DNA from: Heterodontus francisci
Lineage: Eukaryota
NCBI RefSeq assembly: GCF_036365525.1
Contig: NC_090416.1
Coordinates: 14,188,323-14,252,322 of the forward strand
Reading direction: 5' to 3'
Length of the DNA: 64,000 nt
The first letter of the stretch is position 1, and each line of letters starts with the position of its first letter. The position numbers were made by a program, and so were the translations under genes. Below the pieces are notes generated by a model. The model was given only the letters and a program-made list of their open reading frames with translations, was not told the DNA's origin and did no database searches. Below, piece after piece: positions 28,795 to 39,700 of this stretch.

Positions 28795-29190
28795 ATTTAC
28801 ACAGAATATACAGCACAAAAACAGGCCATTTGGCCTTGCCAGTGTTTATGCTCCACACGAGCCTTCTCCCACCCCCTCTTCATCTCGCCCTATCCCCATA
28901 TCCTTCTATTTCTTTCTCCCTCATGTGTTAATCCAGCTTCTCCTTAAATGTATCTCTGCTATTCACCTCAACCACTCCCTGTGGTATCGAGTTCCACATT
29001 CTCACCACTCTCTGGGCAGAGAAGTTTCTCCTGAATTCCCCATTGGATTTATTAGTGACCGTCTTATATTGAAGGCCCCCTAGTTCTGGTCTCCCCCACA
29101 AGTGAAAACATCTCTACGTTTACCCTATTGAGCCCTTTCATCACTTTAAAGACATCTATCAGGTGACCACTCAGCCTTCTCTTTTCTAAA
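28795..29190 (-). mobile_element. CR1 LINE 3' end
   Basis: Same family as 4470-4800 and 16985-17505. Confidence 0.8.
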
Positions 29191-29990
29191 GAGAGGCAAG
29201 GCTTTGTCTTTCAGATACAACATTAAACAAAGGTTCTGTTCTAATAGCCACCTCAAAGATCATCTGGCATTATTCACAGAAGAGCAGGGGGAAGTTCTCC
29301 CACTGTCTTGGACAATAATTATTCCTCAACCACCATCACAGTGTTGAACAATGCAACTTGATGACCATTTGCCATGCGAGAACATCACTGCCTCACAAAC
29401 CATGTCAATCCATCACTTGTGCTTGATGTCGTTCTGGTGTGCCAAAAGGCAACTTGTTTCTCTCCGGCTTGCACCCCCAAATTAAGACTGCACCCCTTTA
29501 ATCTTTTCACTTTAATATATCCTGCCAGTTTTATACCCTCTTTGCTGAAATTTGCAGATAATTGCCCCTGTAGACAGTTTCCGTCCTCTGATACCCTTGC
29601 CCATGCAAGCCCTGACTAAGAGCAGTGGCAACCTATTCCACTGTGTGAGGCATCACAATGGAATCTGATCTTGAAATCAAAGCCTTTGTGCTTTCCAGCA
29701 GGAGAGTGATCAGGAACAGGAACCATGACCGATTTTTCCTTGTGAATCCAGGGTTTTGGAGCTTATCTAAAACCACTCAACTAACTGAGACCAGAATGGG
29801 ACATCACCTGGGACAATCCTGGTTTGTTTGTGGCTCAGCAACACAACAGGTGTATTTAACCACTGACACGCCCACTACTCCAATTGGTCATTTACTTTAA
29901 TCTGAGCATTTCTATCATTTTCCTTAAACCCAATTTCCTTTTACCTCCAAGAAAACCACTTATAATGTCAATAGGCATGTGTCCTGATTA

Positions 29991-30409
29991 AAAACAAGAA
30001 ATGCTGGAACCACTCAGCAGGTCTGGCAGCATCTGTGAAAAGAGAAGCAGAGTTAACGTTTCGGGTCAACGACCCTTCTTCGGAACTGACAAATATTAGA
30101 AAAGTCACAGGTTATAAGCAAGTGAGGTGGGGGTGGGGCAAAAGATAACAAAAGGAGGTCTTGATTGGACCAGGCCACATAGCTGACCAAAAGGTCATGG
30201 AGCAAAGGCAAACAATATGTTAATGGTGTGTTGAGAGACAAAACATTAGTACAGATTAGGTGTCAATACACTGAATATTGAACAGAAGGGTCACTGACCC
30301 GAAACTCTGCTTCTCTTTTCACTGATGCTGCCAGACCTGCTGAGTGGTTGCAGCATTTTTTGTTTTCATTTCAGATTTCCAGCATCCACAGTATTTTGCT
30401 TTTATTTTT
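29991..30409. mobile_element. Penelope-type short element with inverted arms and a hammerhead motif variant, 14-bp TSD
   Basis: TSD ATGTGTCCTGATTA at 29977-29990 and 30410-30423; arms ~29991-30080 and ~30284-30366 are reverse complements. Confidence 0.8.
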
Positions 30410-30423
30410 ATGTGTCCTGATTA

Positions 30424-30703
30424 GTCGGTTTCCGTGTCAATCATGATTATCTCAATGCCCATTGACTAATTTTGCCATCAATCACGCCCTACCTTGGCTT
30501 TGCGCGTTCCGATTGGCCTGAGCCACTGTCAATCAGTTTGCCCGCCAATCAGTGGACGCCCCTGCGGTCGGAGAGCAGGACCGGCGTCATGACGCAGCAC
30601 GTATAGGGGACACAGACGCAGTGCGGCCGGAATGTATCAATGTGTGCCAATGTATCAGTTGTGAGGGAGCAAGTCCTAGGCAGCAGGGAGCAGGGAGAGG
30701 GAC
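30424..30703 (+). promoter_or_regulatory. PRUNE1 CpG-rich promoter / 5' UTR
   Basis: TGTCAATCA 30435, CCATCAATCA 30475, CTGTCAATCA 30526 (TALE-type); ATTGG 30512 and CCAAT 30545; palindrome GCGTCATGACGC 30584-30595; ETS-like CCGGAA ~30627. Confidence 0.75.
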
Positions 30704-30742
30704 ATGGAGTCTTTCTTGAGGGGCTGCAGAGCCGCTTTAAAG
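30704..30742 (+). CDS. PRUNE1: PRUNE1 coding exon 1 ([13 protein letters not shown])
   Basis: Kozak gacATGG; resembles human MEDYLQGCRAALQ; AAG|GTGAGT donor. Confidence 0.93.
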
Positions 30743-33700
30743 GTGAGTTTGCGTAGGAGCTGGGGGTTTGGGTTGGCTGCAGTGTGTGACCCTGCCTGGG
30801 GGGGGAACTAGGCATCTTGGTTTTAACTGCCCAGCTCGGTTGCAGCAGGAGCACCCAGCTTGCCCCTTAACCCTGCTAGGCCACCCCCTTCAGATGTTGC
30901 ATTGCCCCTTCTCGGCCTCCATAAACTTTAACTCATCCCAAAACTCTGCTGTCCCACCGTATCCTACGGAGTCCCATTCACCTCGCAACCCACACCCCCG
31001 CCTGTGCTCACTGACCTACATTGGCTGCTGGTCCGGCAACGCCTCCAATTTAAAATGCTGCAGATGCTGGAAATCTGAAACAAACCCCCCCCCCAAAACG
31101 GCTGGAAAAACTCAGCCGGTAGCTCCACAGTTGCTGCCAGACCTTCTGAGTTTTTCCAGCACTTGTTTTTGTTTAAAATTCTTATCCTTGTTATCAAATC
31201 CCGTTATGGCTTCTCTCCCCTCCCTATCTGTAACCTCCTCCAGCCTTGCAAGCCTCCAGGATCTCTGCGCTTCTCCAACTCTGGTCTTTTGTGCGTTTCC
31301 CCCCCCCCCCCCCCCCGATTCCCTTCCCATGATTGGCGGCCGTGCCTTCAGCTGCCTGGGCCCTAAGCTCTGGAATTCCCTTCCTAAACCGTTCCACCTC
31401 TCTCTGCTCCTTTAAAGCTTTTGATCACCTGCCCAAATATCTCGTTATGTGGCTCTCTGTCAAATTTTGTCTGCTTAACCACTCCCTCTTCATCACTGTG
31501 AAGTTCCTTGAGATGTTTTGCTATGTTAAAAGTGCTGTGGAAATGTAAGTAGTTGTTGTTAAACACTTCTCAAATGGTAGATGCACTATGTGATGTGGCA
31601 CTGCTGAAGAATACAGTTCATGTTCTCCTGTGAATTGTACGGTAACTTGAGTGAAACCCCTTGTACTACTGTACAGGAGCTTCTAGTTTTCACTGAAAGA
31701 TACAGAGTGTAATGAGGGTTCTGTTCTGTCACCTTTGCCTCCTGCTGTTTACAGAGAACCTGCTGATTGTAGTGCTCAATTATATGATCTGATTATGCTC
31801 CTGGAGGTGTTTTTACTGAGGTCAAAGCACTGTGTAAATACAAGATTTGTCTGTGACTTTAGGAGATGATAGGAAGGAGCCAGGATCTCCTTGGATAGTG
31901 CTAAAGTACAATGTTGATCTGGGATGTTATATGCACAGCAGAATAATGAGCATAGGAGGCTATTCAGCCCATTGTGCTTGTGCTGTCTCTTTGAAAGGGC
32001 TATCCAGTTAGTCCCCATACAGGCCCCCATCCCCCATTCTTTCCACATAGCCCTGCCAAATTTTAATTTTCAAGTATTTATTCAGTTCCCTTTTGAAAGT
32101 TACTATTGAATCTGCTTCCACCGCCCTTTCAGGCAGCGCGTTCCAGATCACAACAACTCCCCCCTCTAGTTCTTTTGCCAATTATCTTTAATCTGTGTCC
32201 TCTGGTTACCGACCCTCCTGCCAGTGGAAACAAAGTAGACAGGAAAAACCCACATAATTTTGAACATCTCTGCTCGAAGGAGAATAATCCCTGCTTCTCT
32301 ACTATCTCCATGTGATTGAAGCTCCTTCTCCCTGGGGGATTAGCAGTGTGTTGCGCATTGTGTCAGAGGTTGCACAGGTTTATAACAACAGGAATGTTAT
32401 CAATAGGATGAGGAAAGGGTGACACTTAGAGGAAGTTTTACATGCAAAATTGTTACTATATTGCTAGCTGGCCTCCTGTGGCGTTGCTCAATATGAGACA
32501 AAGATCACACATCCCTCCGCTGGCGTATTTCGTTGTCACCTGAAGGTTAAAGAACAGTAAAGGCTTGTACAAGGGTACTGAGGTGCAAACAGGCTGTCAG
32601 CTTGTTGAGGCTCTTTAAAAGAGTTAATATTTGAACTCTGCAAACTTGAGCTTTTTATCCATTCACAGGATGTGAGTGTCGCTGGCAAGGCTAGCATTTG
32701 TTTCCCATCCCTAATTGCCCTTGAGAAGGTGGTGGTGAGCTGCTTTCTTAAAGCACTGAAGTCCATGTGTGTAGGTACATCCATAGTACTGTTAGGAAGG
32801 GAGTTCCAGGATTTTGAAGGAACGGCGATATAGTTCCAAGTCAGGATGGTGTGTGTCTTGGAGGGGAACTTGCAGATATGGTGTTCCCATGCATCTGTTG
32901 CCCTTGTCCTTCTAGGTGGTAGAGGTTGTGGGTTTGGAAGGAGCCTTAGCAAGTTGCTGCAGTGCATCTTGTAGATGGTACACACTGCAGTGGTGCAGGG
33001 AGTGAATGCTGAAGGTGATGGATGGGGTGGTGATCAAGTGGGCTGCTTTGCAGCTCCAACAAAACACAAGAAGTAGGACAAGCATCCAGGCAAGTGGAGA
33101 GTATTCCATCACACTCCCGACATATGCCTTGTAAATGGTGGAAAGGCTTTGGGGAGTCAGGAGGTGAGTTACTTGCTGCAGAATTCCTAGCCTCTGATCT
33201 CTTGTAGCCACAGTATTTATGTGGCTGGTCCAGTTAAGTTTCTGGTCAATGGTAACTCCTAGGATGTTGATGATGGGGGAATTCAGCAATGGTAATTCCA
33301 TTGAATGTCAAGGGGAGATGGTTAGATTCACTTGTTGGAGATGGTTATTGCCCGCCACTTGTGTGGCGTGAATGTTACTTGTCACTTAGCAGCCCGAGCC
33401 TGGATGTTATCCAGGTTTTGCTGGATGTGGATATGGAGTACCGTTAGTTTCTGAGGAATCAGTCATGGTACTGAACACTGTGCAAACAACCCCACTTCTG
33501 ACCTTTTGATGGAGGGAAGTTCATTAATGAAGCAGCTGAACATGGTTGGGCCTAGGACACTATCCTGAGGAACTCTTGCAGTGATAGCCTGGGGCTGAGA
33601 TGATTGGCCTCCAACAACAACCACAACTATCTTCCTTTGTGCTCAGTATGACTCCAGACAGTGGAGAGGTTTTCCCCTGATTCCCATAGACTTCTTATTT

Positions 33701-36700
33701 GCCACGCTTGGTCAAATGCTGCCTTGATGTCCAGGGCAGTCACCTTCAGCTCCCCTCTTGAGTTCATCTCTTTTGTCCATGTTTGGATCAAGGCTGTAAT
33801 AAGGTCTGGAGCCGAGTGGTCCTGGTGGAACTCAAACTGAGCGTCACTGAGCAGGTTGTTGCTGTGTAAGTGCTGCTTGATAGCACTGTCTATGACACCT
33901 TCCATTGCTTTGCTGATGATTGAGAGTAGGCTGATGGGTAGCAATTGTCCGGATTGGATTTGTCCTGCATTTTGTGGACAAGACAAACCTGGGCATTTTT
34001 CACTTTGCCAGGTAGATGACAGTGTTGTAGCTGTACTAGAACAGCTTGGCGAGAGAGGTGACTAGTTCCACAGCACAGGTCTTCAGCACAGTAGCTGGGA
34101 TGTGAAGTACTTTGGGACATCCTGAGATCATGAAAGGCGCAATATAATTGAAAGTTCTTTCTTTGACTGAGGGAATGTTGCACTGGCAGCGGATGAGATG
34201 TTAAACCAAGTCTCTGCTGCATCATTTGGATGGAACTATTACCAGAAGGCTGGGGGAGTTCTTCCCCTTTTCCTCAACAACAACAACAATAATTTGTATT
34301 TATACATTGCTTTTAACATAGTAAAACATCCCATGGTGCTTCACAGGAGCATTATAAAGCAAAATTTGACACTGAGCCGCATAAGGAGATATTAGGACAG
34401 GTGACCAAAAGCTTGGTCAAAGCGGTTGGCTTTAAGGAGTGTCTTAAAGGAGCAGAGAGAGGCGGCGATGTTTAGTGGGGAAATTCCAGAGCTTAGGGCC
34501 CAGGCAGCTGAAGGCACGGCAGCCAATGGTGGAGTGATGGGAATCGGGGGATGCTCGTGGGAGCAGAATTGAAGGAAGGCAGAGGGCTGGAGTAGGTTGC
34601 AGAGAACAACACCTCAACTGGCACACGTTTGTCGGGAAATTGCTGTCAGGTTCCTGATAACCTGTGTAAAAACCACTTCCAAATTAAGTCATTGCGTGAA
34701 GGGGTTTGATGTGATGAGGCCCCCACGTCAATTTGTGTATCTCACTAGAATGGGGTCACGTTGATACCCTGCTGACTGAACCTTTAACATGATGTTCCAG
34801 CTGGATGGGCTGCCAATCTGCCAGCCACATACCAGAGTGCGAGAGAGAGATCACAGATGTTAGACCCATCTGGAAAGTTCTGCTTGTTTATTTGGTCGTG
34901 TGAGGGAGTTCCTTCTTGGCTTGGAGGCCAGTTGAAGTACAAAGTGGTTTGGCAGCACTAAAAGAGCTTGCATTTAGGTAGCGCCTCTCAATCTTGGGAT
35001 GTCCCAAAGTGCTTCACAGCCAATGAAGTAGTTTTATGAAGTGTTAGAACGTCGGAAATGCAGCAGCTCAATTTGCACACAGCAAGCTCCCACAATCAGC
35101 GATGGGATAATGACCAGATTATCTGTTTTAGCGATATTTAGTGATTGTGGGATAAATATTGACCCAGGACGTGAATTGTCACAAGGTACTTAGCCCCCTA
35201 CTATCCCCTCCCAAGAGTCAGTGAGGTAATAGACTCAGTGCGTTAACAGGAAGAGCACTGATATCACAAAGGCTCGACCAACTAAATTAAACATTTAAAT
35301 AATGAGTTTGAATCAAAGTAACAGCCACCAGGCCTCACTGGGGCGGGGATCTCCTCCTGTGGATTGTGTGGTGCCTTTGTCTACTGTGCCAGAGATCCTT
35401 TCGACTCCTGGTTTTTAAATCCTAGCTTCCCTCTTTTTTTTTTAATTGACTTTCTGCTTCCACATGTTTTGTGCGGTTTTCTTATTTTTAAAAAAAAGCT
35501 GCATATTTCCTTTGCCCTGAATGTTGCTGAGATCATTGAGGGCTTGGGCCAACCTCGTGATGCGAAGGAGTGGAATTTGCTCAATTGTGATGTCTAGATC
35601 ACTCGAGCTCTTCCTTATAGTTAATGGTTTATTGACGATGACTCAGCTCCCTCATAACCTAACTTCTCCAAACTGGTTTCTCTGAAGTCAGCCAGTGGAA
35701 CCCGAGCTGATTTCTACTTATCCTGTCTGTGTGAAATATTGACCCCCTTGGCAGCCTGTAGCATACCGAATTGCTGTAAAGAGGTGATTCAGACATTGGC
35801 AAGTGGGTTAGGAGAGTGAAAACGGGGTCGTGAAGGTAGATTTCAAGGACTTTCTTGAACGTGGGGAAAGAGAGGGAGCTCTGGTGTGAATGGGGGCAAG
35901 GCGGGCTGAGGATCAGTCCCCGTTGGAGCTCTCTTGTCTTTGAGTCAGAAAGTCACAGGCTCGAGCCCCATGCCAGAGACTTGAGCGCATAATCCAGGCC
36001 AACACCCTCAGTGCCGGTACTGAGGGAGTGCTGCACTGTTGGAGGCCAAGGCCCCATCTGCGCCCCCCCCCCACTCCTCAGGCGGATGTAAAGGATCCCG
36101 TGGGCACGATTTTGAAGACCAGGGAGTTCTCCCCTCAACCAACATCACTATAAAAAAAATTTTAAAAATGATCTGGGTCATTATTACATTACTGTTTGTG
36201 GGAGCTTGCTGTGCGCAAATTGGCTGCTGCATTTCCTACATTACAACAGTGACTACACTTCGCATGTTCTTGATTGGCTGTTAAGGGGTGTCCTGAGATC
36301 ATGAAAGGTGCCATAGAAAAAAGGTCTTGGGAGAGAGGAATATTTGGAGCAATGGGATAGAGAAAGATTGGAATTAAGAGCACAGTTAGAGGTAAGAGAC
36401 TGATGGAAGAGAGATTCTGTCTTTAGTCTGTTCAGATATTGAGGTGTCAAAAAAACTAGAAGCCTTTTTGTGTTGGGGCACAGCCTGAGTATACAGTCAA
36501 CATGCATTAGAGGTGAGATGAGGTTACTTCAATTAGTTTTGACACCCTGCCTTCTATCACTCCCACCCCCGCAGACCCAGAGGAAGCTCCGTGACCTATA
36601 TTTCTTTTTAAATAACATAATGGAATTGATCCTTTCTGTGGCAGGAGTGAAGTGGGATTGTTATCCTTTTGTTTTTAGAAAGAAAGACTTGTATTAATAC

Positions 36701-39700
36701 ATCAGGTTAAATGACCTTGGGATGTCTCAAAGCACATTACAGCTGATGGAATAATTTTGAAGAGTTGTCACTGTTGTAATGTAGGAAATGCGGCAGCCAA
36801 TTTGCACACAGCAAGATCCCACGGACATCAATGCGATGATAACCAGATCATCTATTTTTAGTGATGTTGGTCGAGGGATAAATATTGGCACCAGGACACC
36901 GGGGAGAACTATTTCTTTTCCTCCACCCCCCCCCCCCCCCCCCCCCCACCCCGCTCCTTTTCCAATAGTGGCCGTGGGATCTTTTACATCCACCTGTGAG
37001 GGCAGACGGGGCCTCGGTTTTAATGTTTCATCCGAAAGATGGCACCTCCAACAGTGTAGCTCTCTCTCAGTACTGGCACTGGGTGTGTAGATTTTTGTGC
37101 TCAGGTCTCTGGAGTGAGACTTGAACTCTTGTGAAAGGTTCTTAACCTGCTGACGTACAGTTCCAACGGGTACTGGTGCTTCGCCTAAGTTGTGGGCATG
37201 TCTGAGGTGATGCGAAGCGCGATTAAAAATGCCAGTTCTTTCCTTCATTCTCCTTTAACTCTTCCCCAGTAGTTATTGGATGAGGTAGAAGTGTCGCTGG
37301 AAATGGTTGGCAGCGAGAGGCAGTCTCAGCTCCTGCTCTTCCGGTGGAATGGGAACAATTGGTGGCAAACATATGAACTAGGAGCAGGAGTAGGCTATTC
37401 GGCCCGTCGAGCCTACTCTGCCATTCTGTAAGATCATGGCTGATCTGTGTGTGGACCCAACTCCACTTCCCTGCCAACCCCTGATACCCTTTGACTCCCT
37501 TGTTTGTCAAGAATCTGTCTACTTCTGCCTTAAAACATTCAACGACCCTGCCTCCACTGCTCTCTGGGGAAGAGAGTTCCACAGACTCGCAACCCTCTGA
37601 GAGAAAAAACGTTTCTCCTCGTCTCTGTCTTAAATGTGCTGGAGTGGAAATAATGGGAGCTGGTGGGTGCAGCATTCCTGGTGCGGGCAGTTTAAAGGCC
37701 AGCTCCTTGGCAGGGCTGGCATTCCGTGAGCAGAACAAAGATCCCATTTGTCATTAACGTCCAAGGAAGCTGAGCTCAACTCTTGTCCCCGACTCTCGAG
37801 CTTAGCGCTTGGTGACAGACTGTCAGATGCAAAGTAAACATAATCCCCTCTGCTGATTTCAGTTGCTTAATACAATGCCCAGTCCAGTATTGAGCCGAGC
37901 AGATTGGGAAAGCCCCAGATTTTTATTTCTAGTGTGTACTGGATTAGCTCATCTCCTCTGGTGTGCCTCATTTTAGCTTTAGTTTCCCCTGGGCTTGAGG
38001 GAGTTGGGGGTGGGGGGGGGGTGGAAATAATCAGGCGGGGTTCCCACTCCCGATTGTTATCCTGTGACCACTGCTGGAAAGCCTCTGTCGTGTCAGGCGA
38101 GGTTTGGGCTCAGTTGTGATACCACGCTCGGTTGAATGGCCTCCAGACACTTGCAGGACCTTTACCTGGGGATGTGGGTGGTTCTGGGGGGAAGGGGGGG
38201 GGGGGGGGTACAAAACAAACTCCCAGAAGGTGCCCAGCATCCATGGATCTGCAGGTGCTGACGAGGGCAGGGGAGGGAGACAGACCTGCGTTTTATATGG
38301 CGCCTTATTTTCTCTCTGTCTCTCTCAAAACATCCTGAAATGCAGTGACTTTTATTAAGGATAGGAAAGTCCCACAAAGAGATGAATGACCAGACTTGAC
38401 TATTCCAATGCATTCCCGGCTGGTCTCCCACATTCTACCCTCTGTAAACGTGAGATCATCCAAAACTCTGCTGCCCGTGTCTTAACCCGCACCGAGTCCT
38501 GTTCATCCATCACCCACCCCCTGTGACCTACATTGGCTCCCAGTTGAACTATGCCTCGATTTTAAAAATTCCCATGCTTGTTTTCAAATACCTCCATCAC
38601 CTCGCCCCTCCCTATCTCTGTAATTTCCTTCGAGATCTCTGCGCTCCTCTAATTCTGGCTTCTTGCACATCCCCCAATTTTCATCGCTCCACCATTGGCG
38701 GCCGTGCCTTCAGCTACTTGCACCCTAAGCTCCGGAATTCCCTCCCTAAACCCCTCCACCTCTCTCTCTCCTCCTTTAGTGCTCCTTAAAACTGACATCA
38801 TTGACTGAGCGTTTGGCCATCTGCCTTAATGTCTCCTTATGTGGCTCAGTGTCACATTTTGCTTTATAATGCTCCTATGAAAGGTACTATATAAATAGCT
38901 GCTGTTGTAATAAGAGTCAGGGCAGTATAGGGGCAGTGATAATGAGATTGAGTGGCAGTCATGCTTATATTTTTCCATCTTTGGTTTTCCTTGTTAAGAC
39001 ATAGCCTTTCAGAGTGAGATTTTGCCCATGCAAATGTCTGAAAAACACTCACAGCCTCAGGAAATCATGACCAGTACAAATGACTTTTTTTTTTCCATTC
39101 TGTCCATTCCTGTTCAAACATCATGTGCTGATGTCTTGAAGGGGACTGGGAACCCAGTCCAGAGAGCATAGGATCAGAATGAGTGGAAATAGTTAACCCA
39201 GGATGATTCAATGCCAGCTGTGTGTATGTTAATCCAGCTCCCTCAAGCTGCTGGGCTCAGTAACCCTTTCAAGTCAGAGTTCATAATAAGTGTCTGATTA
39301 AACAAAGGTACTTGCATTTTAATTTGCTCCGTCCAGTTTAATTGATTTTTTTTTAAATTGTCTTTTTCTTTTTTGGGTCCAATTCACCCAAATTCCTGTG
39401 ATTTGTGTGAATCGGGAACATAGGAACATTCAGCCTGAGCCTGTCAATTTGATTTTGGATCTCGACTTCGTTTACCCGCCTTGGTTTCATATAAACCGGT
39501 TTAAAAACACAACAAAAGTCCATCAACCTCAGTTTTGTAATCTTCAGTTGACCTGGAGGGTGAGTGCTTGTCAGGCTGTTCATTGGGCAAGCTCTCCTTC
39601 TCCCCCATCTCGGTTAGATCCTAGATCTGTCTGCTGATCTCAGCCGGGTGGTGTTGGGCAGCGCTAACACTGGGCCTGAGCACTTCGCGAAAGGGGAGGA

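Noticed and set aside
30768-31415. 215-aa ORF in PRUNE1 intron 1
   Set aside because: Runs across an L2 tail and a Penelope-type insert; non-ATG start.
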